Shown here in pieces: positions 34,074 through 43,476 of a DNA stretch of 64,000 nucleotides (within the stretch, counting starts at the first letter, position 1; each line of letters begins with the position of its first letter). The stretch spans positions 49,931 to 113,930 of the forward strand of contig CACWQH010000005.1 of the NCBI GenBank assembly GCA_902762955.1, in the 5' to 3' direction. The notes below the pieces were generated by a model. That model was not told where the DNA came from. It did no database searches and worked only from the letters and a program-made list of their open reading frames with translations. The stretch is from an uncultured Lachnospiraceae bacterium. GTDB lineage: Bacteria > Bacillota > Clostridia > Lachnospirales > Lachnospiraceae. The translations under genes were made by a program, and so were the position numbers.

Positions 34074-35227
34074 TGTATATGAAAAAAAAGATAGGACCGT
34101 ATTGGCTGGCAATAATAATTATTTTTTCACTTATTGTTTTGTTCAACCTGTTAGCATGTATAAGATCCTTCTGTGATTTTTATGCTGATAATATATATGG
34201 TGTTATCTCTGATTTTTTAGGGAAAATAATGGATTTATTTCCATTTGCTGTAGGTGAGATACTTATGTATCTTTTTGCTGTACTTGCTTTTTTGACCATT
34301 GTTCTTTCTGTCTTATTATTGTTCCTTAGAAAAAAAGAAAAATATAAGAGCTTCACTGTAAAGTATATGAAGAGTATGCTTATGGTGATTTTGATCATGC
34401 TTTTAATATATACCTTTAATTGGGTTATACCGTTTAGAAGCAGTATATTAAGTGATAAAAAACTTGGAAGAAATGCATATGTAAGAGCCTATAATATTGA
34501 GGAACTTCAGGCTTTGAGAAATTACATTGTAGGTGAACTAAATGATACCTCGCTGGAGGTAGAGCGTGATGAGGCCGGGCATCTGATATACAGAGATTAT
34601 AAATCAGTAAGAAGTGAAATAGAAGAGTCTATGAGAGATTTGGGAAAAGATTATCCAAGACTTAAAGGCTATTATCCGAAACTAAAATCCGCACTTTGTT
34701 CTTCAGTACTTGAGTGGATGTCTATAGGCGGTTATACCTATCCTTATACCATGGAGGCTACTTATAATTGCTATGTTACAAGGCTTTATTACCCTTCCCT
34801 GTATGCACATGAGATAAGTCACCATCAGGGCTATTATCAGGAAAATGAAGCGAATTTTTTAAGCTATCTTGGATGCATAAAAAGTGATGATGCATTTGTA
34901 AGATATTCGGGCTACATAGATGCTTTCTTTTATGTTGATGAGGCATATTTTGAAGCACTTAATAATGCCTTTGACAATGAAGAAGCCTGGGAGATATATA
35001 AAAAACAGCCAAAGCTTTCCGAACGCGTATATACTGATGAAGTTGAAGCTTCCAAGGAAGCGAGTGATAGATATAATGAAGATTCACATCCCATGGAAAA
35101 ACTTGAAAATGCAGCAGGTAAGGCGGCCGATAAGGGCTGGGATATGCAGGAAGAGTTTATATCGGACAATTATTATGATGATGTGGTAGGCCTTTTGCTC
35201 TATTACTATGATGGTGTGCTGTATTAA
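34070..35227 (+). CDS. Membrane-anchored putative zinc metallopeptidase (DUF3810-like)
   Basis: 3 TM; GYTYPYTMEA and AHEISHHQGYYQENEANF (HExxH...E). Confidence 0.8.
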   Translation: MMYMKKKIGPYWLAIIIIFSLIVLFNLLACIRSFCDFYADNIYGVISDFLGKIMDLFPFAVGEILMYLFAVLAFLTIVLSVLLLFLRKKEKYKSFTVKYMKSMLMVILIMLLIYTFNWVIPFRSSILSDKKLGRNAYVRAYNIEELQALRNYIVGELNDTSLEVERDEAGHLIYRDYKSVRSEIEESMRDLGKDYPRLKGYYPKLKSALCSSVLEWMSIGGYTYPYTMEATYNCYVTRLYYPSLYAHEISHHQGYYQENEANFLSYLGCIKSDDAFVRYSGYIDAFFYVDEAYFEALNNAFDNEEAWEIYKKQPKLSERVYTDEVEASKEASDRYNEDSHPMEKLENAAGKAADKGWDMQEEFISDNYYDDVVGLLLYYYDGVLY

Positions 35228-35389
35228 GAAATAATTAAACATTTTTATATTGAAAAAACCTTTCACATACAATAAAATGTGTTTAATGTATATGAAAAAA
35301 GCATAAAGTAATACATTTTATGATTTGTGAAAATTCAAAAGAGCCTGAATAATATAAATCAGGATAATATAAAAAAGGATAAGAATAAT

Positions 35390-36112
35390 ATGGAAAATGG
35401 AAGATCAGAGGTTATAATCAATAAGCTTATTGATATGATAGAAAACGGCCAGAATGTTCCACTTGCGGCAGGAAAGGTTATGGTCAATAAGGATGAGACC
35501 ATACTTATGTTAAAGGAACTCGAGAGCATAGTGGAAGGCGAGTTAAAGGTCTATAGGGAAGTAAATGACCGAAAGGGTAAGATAATAAATGATGCCAAAA
35601 AGGAAGCGGAAGAGATAGTATATGAGGCAGAAAAAAGTGCCAGTCGTATAAGAGTTACAAAGCATGTTTCTTCTGTAGGCTCAGGCTTTAGACCGGAGGA
35701 TTTAAATAAGGATGAAAAACAAGCCTTAAGAACTGCCGGCGATATATACGCATCATCGCTTATATATACCGATGAAATGCTAACCGAGGTTACGGATGTA
35801 ATTGCTCAGGCATATGATATCATCAATAATCAATATGGGCGTATGGTGGCGACACTCGAAGAAAAGGCAAAGCTTATATCAGATAACAAGGCAGAGCTTA
35901 TGGCAAGTCTTAAAGAATTAAGCAAAGAGGAAAGATATACTCAGATACTTGATCTAAGCCAGCTTCTTTCACATGAGCTATATATGGAGCGTGAAAAGGC
36001 GAGAGAACTTGAAAAAAACGGTAGCTACCAGATGGAGATGCAGCTTGAAAAGGAAGCGGCAGACAGTTCATCTGATGATACAGGAAGTAGTACAGCTATA
36101 GAAGATATTTAA
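35390..36112 (+). CDS. Conserved coiled-coil hypothetical protein
   Basis: VPLAAGKVMVNKDE and IINDAKKEAEEIVYEAE heptad pattern; start set at ATG 35390. Confidence 0.7.
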   Translation: MENGRSEVIINKLIDMIENGQNVPLAAGKVMVNKDETILMLKELESIVEGELKVYREVNDRKGKIINDAKKEAEEIVYEAEKSASRIRVTKHVSSVGSGFRPEDLNKDEKQALRTAGDIYASSLIYTDEMLTEVTDVIAQAYDIINNQYGRMVATLEEKAKLISDNKAELMASLKELSKEERYTQILDLSQLLSHELYMEREKARELEKNGSYQMEMQLEKEAADSSSDDTGSSTAIEDI

Positions 36113-36127
36113 TAATAGGAGCAGGAA

Positions 36128-36985
36128 ATGATAAAGGAAAAATATAATAAAAAGACAATATTTTCATGTGAGGTATTTCCTCCAAAAAGAAATGATGACA
36201 TTTACGATATATTTAAAACACTTGATGAGATAAAGCTTTTAAATCCGGATTTCATAAGCGTTACCTATGGAGCCGGAGGAAGCAACAGCAAAAAGACGGC
36301 AACCATAGCGGCATATATTCAAAACATATGTGAGATAGAGGCACTTGCGCACGTTACAGCTGTGGGTCTTGACGAGAATTCTCTTACTGAGCTTCTTTCG
36401 GAATTAAAGAGAAAACAGGTTCAAAATGTACTTGCGTTAAGAGGAGATAAGCCTCGTACCATGACAGAAGAGGAATTTGAAGGAAGATACTATAAGCATG
36501 CATCGGACCTTATAAAAGTAATTAAGGAAAAGAGCGATGATATGTATATAGCAGCTGCCTGCTATCCGGAAATCCATCCCGAATCAAAATCGAGAGAAGA
36601 TGATATCAGGTACTTAAAGCTAAAGGCCGACTATGGAGTAGACAGCTTTATAACACAGATGTTTTTCGATAACGATATCTTGTATCGCTTTTTGGAAGAT
36701 ATAAGAAGTGCAGGTATAAATGTACCTGTCCATGCAGGTATAATGCCGATAACCAAGGTAAATCAGCTCGGAACCAGTGTATCCTTATCAGGCTCCTCTG
36801 TACCTAAAAAGCTTTCCAATCTTATAGCAAAGTACAGCGAAGATCCTGAAGGCATGAAAAAAGCCGGTACCGAATATGCCATAGATCAGGTAACCGACCT
36901 CATAGCTCACGGAGTAGAAGGAATTCACATCTATTCCATGAACAAATCCGACGTAACCAGCGAAATCTACAAAGCAGCATTTTAA
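36128..36985 (+). CDS. metF: 5,10-methylenetetrahydrofolate reductase
   Basis: SCEVFPPK, SVTYGAGG, LALRGD, ITQMFFD and HIYSMN motifs. Confidence 0.96.
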   Translation: MIKEKYNKKTIFSCEVFPPKRNDDIYDIFKTLDEIKLLNPDFISVTYGAGGSNSKKTATIAAYIQNICEIEALAHVTAVGLDENSLTELLSELKRKQVQNVLALRGDKPRTMTEEEFEGRYYKHASDLIKVIKEKSDDMYIAAACYPEIHPESKSREDDIRYLKLKADYGVDSFITQMFFDNDILYRFLEDIRSAGINVPVHAGIMPITKVNQLGTSVSLSGSSVPKKLSNLIAKYSEDPEGMKKAGTEYAIDQVTDLIAHGVEGIHIYSMNKSDVTSEIYKAAF

Positions 36986-37012
36986 TATTATATTCAAATA
37001 GTTTTAAATACA

Positions 37013-37056
37013 AACAGGCACCTTGATATGTATGTTTATGCATTAAGGTGCCTGTT
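37013..37056. terminator. Hairpin between metF and the convergent Rpn remnant
   Basis: AACAGGCACCTTGAT...ATTAAGGTGCCTGTT. Confidence 0.7.
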
Positions 37057-37083
37057 ACTATATTGCATTACATAACAGATTGT

Positions 37084-37610
37084 TTATGCAGGTGCTTTAG
37101 AACCTAATATTATATCTTTATACTTATCTCTTTTATCTTGCGGTATTTCTAATACTTCCATAGAACGATCAATGTCAAGGTTCATATTTTTTGAAAGAAT
37201 TATTATAGCTTCTATAGTTTTTTCTTCCGAACCGGAATCGTGTCCTTCTTTAAGTCCTTCTTTATGACCATCCGCATATCCATCCTCGTACCCTTCAGAT
37301 AAAAGCGTTTTCTTATGAAGTTCTTCATCATATTCAAATATACTCATACTTACGACCTCACTTTTGTTTGCTAATAAGAAGTCCTTTAGTATATCCTGTT
37401 CTATGCAGTAATCAACAGTTATTATAACAGCCTCTTTAAGAGGGTGAGATTTCATGTTTTCCCTCAAAATATCTACGTACTGCATATATTGAAATAAACT
37501 TGGACATTTACTTTTAACATCTTCATTATAGCCCTTGTTTATGTTCAATTGCAATACCTTTAGCTCAAGATTCACCTCTTTTTCCTTATGCTCATACGCC
37601 GATGACAGAT
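37084..37610 (-). pseudogene. C-terminal remnant of an Rpn-family (PD-(D/E)XK nuclease / putative transposase) gene
   Basis: LSSAY..LELKVLQLNIN..KCPSLFQY..CIEQDILKDFL..EVVSMSIFEYDEE..EGYEDG..EGLKEG resembles clostridial Rpn C-halves (recognised by eye); the first ~45 aa of the called ORF are translated palindrome. Confidence 0.75.
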
Positions 37611-37864
37611 AAAGAAAACAAGTGGTTATTACAACATTTAACCCGATTTGTGTTAAATCAGCAACGAGTACTTGAATTGATTTTGCACGCATAAAACCAA
37701 TATGTTTGGGCGAAGCGAGTTTATTGGTTTTGTGCAAAATCAATAAAGTACGAGTGCTCTGATTTCACAAATTGCTGGTTAGTTGTAATAACCACCTGTT
37801 TTCTTTTCTGTCATATATAAGAACTCAAAGAACATTCCCTGTTGTCGTGGGCATTTATACCTGT
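37602..37864. repeat. Long imperfect palindrome, element P3 (left arm truncated)
   Basis: Paired part 37602-37814 (ATGACAGA...TCTGTCAT); apex TGTTTGGGCGAAGCGAGTT at 37703-37721; close copy of P5 whose outer right arm (37815-37864) has lost its partner. Confidence 0.95.
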
Positions 37865-37893
37865 CCCATGTGAGAAGCCGGATGGTGGGTGGG

Positions 37894-38922
37894 TTACAGT
37901 CTGTCTGCGATTTCGTAGATGAGCTGCTCTGTTTTTGGCCAGCCAAGGCATGCATCGGTGATGGATTTTCCGTATACACCGCCGTCTACACTCTGGTTGC
38001 CGTCTTCGATGTAGCTTTCAACCATAAAGCCTTTTACAAGCTTTTTGATGTCACTGTTGTAATTGCAGTTGCTTATAACTTCGTTGATGATACGCTTTTG
38101 CTGGAAAGGATCCTTTCCGGAATTTGCGTGGTTTGCATCGATGATAACTGCAGGGTTCTTTAAATCTTTCTTGGCGTAATCCTCGCAAAGTCGTACAAGG
38201 TCTTCGTAATGATAGTTAGGCATAGGCTGTCCGTGCTTGTTGTTGTAGCCTCGGAGGATGGCATGTGCATAAGGGTTACCCTGTGAGTGGGTTTCCCAAC
38301 CACGATAGATAAATGTGTGACCGTGCTGGGCGGCAGTGATAGAATCCATCATAACAGAGATGTCACCGCTTGATGGATTCTTCATTCCGACAGGTACAGG
38401 CAGACCACTGGCGGTAAGTCTGTGCTGCTGGTCTTCAACGGAACGAGCGCCTACTGCGATGTAGCCTAATACATCATTTAAGTATTCTGCATTTTCAGGA
38501 TAGAGCATTTCATCTGCACAGGAAAAACCTGTTTCCTGGATTACTCTCATGTGGAGTTCTCGTATGGCTACGATACCCTTGAACATATCCGGCTTTTCGT
38601 TTGGATCAGGCTGGTGAAGCATTCCCTTGTAGCCTTCACCTGTTGTTCTCGGTTTATTGGTATATACTCGCGGAACGATGAAAAGCTTATCTTTTACTTT
38701 TTCCTGAACAGGTACAAGTCTTGAAACATAATCAACTACGCTTTCTTCTTTATCGGCAGAGCAAGGACCGATAATTAAAAGGATCTTGTCTGATTTTCCT
38801 GAAAGAATATTTTTAATTTCAATATCTCTTTCCTCGACAATTTTTCCAAGACTTCCGGTTAACGGATACATTTCCTTTAATTCTGCAGGTAAAGCAAGTT
38901 TTCTTTCAAATATCATATTCAT
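37894..38922 (-). CDS. aroF: DAHP synthase, class I alpha
   Basis: IIGPCS, KPRTTGEGYKG, VGARSVEDQQHR, PVGMKN and IDANHANS motifs. Confidence 0.93.
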   Translation of the reverse strand: MNMIFERKLALPAELKEMYPLTGSLGKIVEERDIEIKNILSGKSDKILLIIGPCSADKEESVVDYVSRLVPVQEKVKDKLFIVPRVYTNKPRTTGEGYKGMLHQPDPNEKPDMFKGIVAIRELHMRVIQETGFSCADEMLYPENAEYLNDVLGYIAVGARSVEDQQHRLTASGLPVPVGMKNPSSGDISVMMDSITAAQHGHTFIYRGWETHSQGNPYAHAILRGYNNKHGQPMPNYHYEDLVRLCEDYAKKDLKNPAVIIDANHANSGKDPFQQKRIINEVISNCNYNSDIKKLVKGFMVESYIEDGNQSVDGGVYGKSITDACLGWPKTEQLIYEIADRL

Positions 38923-39067
38923 TTTATATTTCCTCCGTTTTAAATAAAATTAGTAATTATATCTTTATATTTAATAGCTGATTATAATAGCTGATAATTT
39001 TTAAAATAATATATTAAACAGTTAAAATAAGTTTTAATTATTTTTTTGGTGATTACCATAAGCAGCA

Positions 39068-39904
39068 TTAAGTGTATTTTCCGGCTATCTTAACAAGATT
39101 ACATACTTCGGTAAGCCGCTTTTGCATTTCTTTGCCTTCAGGTGTATCTATATTCCCTTCAGCTTCAACATAAAAGTAATATTCCCATGCTTTCTGATGG
39201 GATGGTCGGCTTCTTAAAACCTTCATGTTAAAACCGTAATCGCTTATTACTGAAATTGCTTTTGAGAGAGCACCGGCAACATTGTTTACTGTGAAGATGA
39301 GTATAAAATTGATGTGCTTTTCGTTCTCCTTATGTTTTTTGTAATCCCTGCTAAAAACAGCAAATCGCGTAGTGTTATCCTCCATTTCATTTATATTTGC
39401 ATGAAGGATATCAAGTCCGTAAAGCTGTGCTGTTTCTTTACTTGCAATAGCAGCAAGATGGATATCGCCAAGCTCTGAAACCTCTTTGGCAGCCATGGCG
39501 GTATTTGGTGCAAGCATTTCTTCAAAGCCGTGCTTTCTTATATAACCCTCGCATTGGGCAAGTGCTTGTGAATGGCTTATTACCTTCTTGATATCACTGC
39601 TTTTGGCACCTTTTATACCCAGTAGATTTTGGGATATCTTATAGGGGATGACATCATCTACGATAAGGTCTCCGCTAACCATCAGATCTACAACCTGACC
39701 GACCTCGCCGGTATAGCTGTTTTCTATGGGAAGTACGGCATGTGAACATTCACCTGATAAAACAGCATTGTAAGCCTCCTCAAAGCTTGTATGGGCGATT
39801 AAGAGATCTTCCGGAAATGTCTTTTTTGCAACGATATGTGCAAAGGCACCCTCGACACCGCTATATGCTGTTTTATTTTTTTGATAATTGCTTTCAGATT
39901 CCAT
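39068..39904 (-). CDS. pheA: Prephenate dehydratase (PDT plus ACT domain)
   Basis: LPIENSYTGEV, SHSQALAQC, NTTRF and SRP..WEYYFYVE motifs; start set at ATG 39904 after AAGGAGGT. Confidence 0.93.
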   Translation of the reverse strand: MESESNYQKNKTAYSGVEGAFAHIVAKKTFPEDLLIAHTSFEEAYNAVLSGECSHAVLPIENSYTGEVGQVVDLMVSGDLIVDDVIPYKISQNLLGIKGAKSSDIKKVISHSQALAQCEGYIRKHGFEEMLAPNTAMAAKEVSELGDIHLAAIASKETAQLYGLDILHANINEMEDNTTRFAVFSRDYKKHKENEKHINFILIFTVNNVAGALSKAISVISDYGFNMKVLRSRPSHQKAWEYYFYVEAEGNIDTPEGKEMQKRLTEVCNLVKIAGKYT

Positions 39905-39920
39905 CTTTACCTCCTTACAT

Positions 39921-39972
39921 AAAAAAACCACCGCTGCTTTTTTGTTATTTAAATCATCAAAAGCAGCGGTGG
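39921..39972 (-). terminator. Attenuator terminator in the pheA leader
   Basis: Minus strand CCACCGCTGCTTTT-loop-AAAAGCAGCGGTGG-T7, ending ~17 nt before the pheA start. Confidence 0.9.
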
Positions 39973-40010
39973 AAATTATCTTATATATATCAAAGCATTT
40001 ACTTTGTTAT

Positions 40011-40079
40011 CTATAATTTAAAATCCATCGCGTTTATAAAGAAAAAGAAAAAATTGTCAGTTGTTTTTTTGTAATTCAT
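40011..40079 (-). CDS. Phe-rich leader peptide MNYKKTTDNFFFFFINAMDFKL (22 aa)
   Basis: ATG AAT TAC AAA AAA ACA ACT GAC AAT TTT TTC TTT TTC TTT ATA AAC GCG ATG GAT TTT AAA TTA TAG, AAAGGA upstream, lying between promoter and terminator. Confidence 0.85.
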   Translation of the reverse strand: MNYKKTTDNFFFFFINAMDFKL

Positions 40080-40116
40080 AATCGCAATTCCTTTTATTTG
40101 TTTTAATACGAAAGCA

Positions 40117-40145
40117 ATTATAATTTATGATTGAAAATTTGTCAA
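40117..40145 (-). promoter_or_regulatory. Consensus sigma-A promoter for the leader-pheA transcript
   Basis: Minus strand TTGACA (40145-40140)-17 bp-TATAAT (40122-40117). Confidence 0.85.
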
Positions 40146-40201
40146 CTGCATTTTTTTATGGTATAATATTTCAAATACTATTTTGGGGGGAGGATATTAC
40201 C

Positions 40202-40939
40202 ATGGCACTTTCATTGAAGGATAATGACAGCAAAAAAGATGATGATTCATTGAAAATGAATGAAAATATAAGCGCGGACAATCAGCCGGATGATTTCTCT
40301 GATCTTGAGTCACCTGCATATAAGCCTATAGTTATAAGCACAGATGTACCAAATGTTGATGACATGATCTCAAAAAAGGGAAATGATGTTGTAGGTACAA
40401 TTATTAAGATAGCAGTTGCTGTTGTTATATGCATAGTGGCATTTACAGTCGGTAAAAAAATAATTAATAAAATGGCCGGAGGCAAAGATATAACAAACTA
40501 TGTTAATAAGAGCGAGCAGGAGATTGAGAAAGCACTTGGTGTTAATCTGACAGATTCTCCTGATAAGGTATCAAGTGTACATCAGTATTCGAGAGGAAAT
40601 GTATCGGTCAGTTCAGATGGAGAAATCTCCGTAATCTATATAAATGGTGTGCAAAAAGGCGTTAAAATTGATAGTAAAAAATATACTATGTTCGGTATTA
40701 AAATAGGCGATCCTGCATATAAGCTTGAGGATAATCTTAAATACAATTATTCAGGAACATTTAATGTTCTTGATGATATGATGTCGGGAAAATCCACAAC
40801 GGATTATTATTATAACAGGGATAAGAATGATTGCTTTATAGCCATTATAAACGAGGATTCCGGAAGAGTTGTAAGTATGTCTTACTATAATGATTTTGGA
40901 ATGATCTCTGAAAATTTAAGTGGACTTGATGATGATTAA
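40202..40939 (+). CDS. Hypothetical single-TM protein
   Basis: Start set at ATG 40202 after GGAGGA; acidic N-terminus, one TM, soluble C-terminal domain. Confidence 0.7.
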   Translation: MALSLKDNDSKKDDDSLKMNENISADNQPDDFSDLESPAYKPIVISTDVPNVDDMISKKGNDVVGTIIKIAVAVVICIVAFTVGKKIINKMAGGKDITNYVNKSEQEIEKALGVNLTDSPDKVSSVHQYSRGNVSVSSDGEISVIYINGVQKGVKIDSKKYTMFGIKIGDPAYKLEDNLKYNYSGTFNVLDDMMSGKSTTDYYYNRDKNDCFIAIINEDSGRVVSMSYYNDFGMISENLSGLDDD

Positions 40940-40962
40940 AAAAGGGGGCATGATGCCCCCTT
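40938..40962. terminator. Short terminator between convergent genes
   Basis: AAAAAAGGGGGCAT-G-ATGCCCCCTT. Confidence 0.75.
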
Positions 40963-40967
40963 AGCTA

Positions 40968-41177
40968 TTACTGGTAGCTTCTTTCTTTGTCTATTAAGCC
41001 ATAGAAGCTTATAAGGTATAAACCGCTTAAGCCGACAAGACCGTAAATGATTCTTGTGAAAGCAGTCGCATCACCAAAGATTGCTGAAACCAAATTCCAG
41101 TCAGCAAAGCCTATAAGTCCCCAGTTAATAGCACCTATAACAACTATTGTTAAGCATAAAATATTTAAAAATTTCAT
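40968..41177 (-). CDS. DUF378-family small membrane protein
   Basis: IGAINWGLIG and RIIYGLVGLSGLY motifs; start ATG 41177 after AAGGAG. Confidence 0.88.
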   Translation of the reverse strand: MKFLNILCLTIVVIGAINWGLIGFADWNLVSAIFGDATAFTRIIYGLVGLSGLYLISFYGLIDKERSYQ

Positions 41178-41421
41178 CTTAATTCTCCTTATCATAAATA
41201 GTTTTATTTTGGACCAGCCTTGTATAAGTTCATATGGGAAAATCAAAGATTTTCATATTCTCTTATACTTTAACATTAATATTTTATAGGGCTCATAAAT
41301 ATATTTCCCAATATTTAAGAAATTATTTATATTTTTTCTTTATTTTTGATTTAAAAATTGTTATAATGCTTCTGTGTTTGTTTTAGATAACTTTTAATGA
41401 CATATACTGGAGGAAAAAAAG

Positions 41422-42825
41422 ATGGGTGGATTCTTTGGAGTAGTTGGAAAGGAAGACTGTGTTTTTGATTTGTTCTTCGGAACGGATTATCACTCTCATT
41501 TAGGTACCAGACGTGCAGGTATGGCTGTATATGGAGAAAATGGATTTAAAAAGTCTATTCATAAGATTGAAAATTCGCCATTTAGAACAAAGTTTGATGG
41601 TGAAGCAAGCTCCATGCATGGAAATATGGGTATAGGTTGTATATCCGATTATGAAGCACAGCCGATTCTTATGCGTTCGCATCATGGTTCATTTGCCATA
41701 ACCACAGTTGGAAAGATAAATAATGCAAAAGAGATAACAGAAGAAATTCTTAAGGGAAATACCCATTTTTTTGAAATGAGCAACGGAGAGATAAATGCAA
41801 CGGAGCTTGTGGCTGCAATTATCAATCAAAAGGATAATTTTATAGAAGGCATAAAATATGCACAGGAGATTATTGAAGGTTCAATGTCCATGCTTATTCT
41901 TACACCAAAGGGTATATATCTTGCAAGAGATAAGTTCGGAAGAACACCTATAGTAGTAGGAAAAAAAGAGGGTGCAAGATGTGCTGCCTTCGAAGATTTT
42001 TCATATTTCAATCTCGGATATACAACCGAGCGTGAGCTTGGACCGGGTGAGATTGCAATTATGACAGCAGACAGCTTGAAAACACTGGTTGCACCGGGCG
42101 ATAAGATGAAGATATGTACGTTCTTATGGATATACTATGGATATCCATCCTCTACATATGCGGGCGTAAGTGTTGAAAAGATGAGATATAATTGTGGTAA
42201 GGCTCTTGCTAAAAGAGATAATGTTAAGCCTGATATAGTTGCAGGTGTTCCTGATTCGGGTACTGCTCATGCTATAGGCTATGCCAATGAATCCGGAGTA
42301 CCTTTTTCAAGACCGTTTATTAAGTATACACCAACCTGGCCGAGATCATTTATGCCAACCATACAGAGTAAGAGAAATCTTATAGCTAAGATGAAGCTTA
42401 TTCCGGTTAAGGAGCTTATAAAGGATAAAAGTCTTCTTCTTATCGATGACTCTATAGTAAGAGGAACACAGATGAGAGAAACTACAGAGTATCTTTTTGA
42501 AAATGGTGCAAAGGAAGTACATATAAGACCTGCCTGCCCACCACTTGTGTTTGGCTGTAAATACCTTAACTTCTCCAGAACCAATTCCGAGATGGAGCTT
42601 ATTACAAGAGACGTAATAGCTGAACTTGAGGGTGGAGAGGTATCGGATGATGTACTTAGAGAGTACGCAGATTATAATTCACCAAAGTATGATATGATGG
42701 TTGAAAAGATAAGAGAAAGACTCAAGTTTACATCCCTTAGATTCCATCGCCTCGATGATATGGTAGAATCTGTTGGCATTGATCCTGAAAAACTTTGTAC
42801 CTACTGTTGGAGTGGTAAAGAATAA
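41422..42825 (+). CDS. purF: Amidophosphoribosyltransferase (variant lacking the N-terminal Cys)
   Basis: GVPDSG, LLIDDSIVRGT, RPACPP and LCTYCWSG motifs; N-terminus MGGFFG. Confidence 0.92.
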   Translation: MGGFFGVVGKEDCVFDLFFGTDYHSHLGTRRAGMAVYGENGFKKSIHKIENSPFRTKFDGEASSMHGNMGIGCISDYEAQPILMRSHHGSFAITTVGKINNAKEITEEILKGNTHFFEMSNGEINATELVAAIINQKDNFIEGIKYAQEIIEGSMSMLILTPKGIYLARDKFGRTPIVVGKKEGARCAAFEDFSYFNLGYTTERELGPGEIAIMTADSLKTLVAPGDKMKICTFLWIYYGYPSSTYAGVSVEKMRYNCGKALAKRDNVKPDIVAGVPDSGTAHAIGYANESGVPFSRPFIKYTPTWPRSFMPTIQSKRNLIAKMKLIPVKELIKDKSLLLIDDSIVRGTQMRETTEYLFENGAKEVHIRPACPPLVFGCKYLNFSRTNSEMELITRDVIAELEGGEVSDDVLREYADYNSPKYDMMVEKIRERLKFTSLRFHRLDDMVESVGIDPEKLCTYCWSGKE

Positions 42826-42843
42826 ATAAAATTATAAAATATA

Positions 42844-42877
42844 AAAAAGGTCTGTGAGGGTTCTCACAGACCTTTTT
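42844..42877 (+). terminator. Intrinsic terminator after purF
   Basis: AAAAAGGTCTGTGAG-GGTT-CTCACAGACCTTTTT. Confidence 0.88.
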
Positions 42878-43042
42878 ACTAATATCTATAAATTTGATAT
42901 ATTGAATATCTTCATAATTACGACCATAAAAATATTGAAAAATTAACCCCAAGGGTTAAAAATTTTAACTGTTATATCATTCGGTCTAATTTTATAATTT
43001 CATTGTGATGTTTTTAGAATAATGATGTAGGGGAGTTTCACG

Positions 43043-43417
43043 ATGAAAGAAAAAAATAACTACAGCAGTGCGATCAGATTGAAGAAACTTAGACAAAGTC
43101 TGAATATGACGCAGGAACAGATGGCTGAAGCTATTGGAGTTTCAGATTCCTTATATAAAGGAAATGAGGCCGGTAGGATACCGATATCAAAAAAAACAGC
43201 TCGTTTGATTGAAGAATATTTTGGAGTAAATGTGGATTATATTTATCATGGAACATTTAGAGAAGCCAAAGATGTCTGGATGGAAATTATGGAGTGTGAA
43301 GAAAAAGAAAAATTGAGAATATTGCTTCGGCTTATCGAATATTTTTCATTTCAGGGAAAACTGGAGTTTACGGATGAAATAATAGACAGTATCATAGAAG
43401 CAATGAATTTAAAATAA
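43043..43417 (+). CDS. XRE-family HTH regulator
   Basis: RLKKLRQSLNMTQEQMAEAIGVS..EAG..FGVNVDYI. Confidence 0.85.
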   Translation: MKEKNNYSSAIRLKKLRQSLNMTQEQMAEAIGVSDSLYKGNEAGRIPISKKTARLIEEYFGVNVDYIYHGTFREAKDVWMEIMECEEKEKLRILLRLIEYFSFQGKLEFTDEIIDSIIEAMNLK

Positions 43418-43421
43418 AAAT

Positions 43422-43452
43422 GGGGACAGGTGTGAAACCTGCCCCTTTTTTT
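43422..43452. terminator. Terminator between convergent genes
   Basis: GGGGACAGGT-loop-ACCTGCCCC-T7. Confidence 0.75.
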
Positions 43453-43476
43453 GAAAAATATAACTTTTGAAAAATA

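Noticed and set aside
43043-43417. XRE regulator as a prophage or ICE remnant
   Set aside because: Isolated gene with no integrase, phage or conjugation genes and no att repeats nearby.
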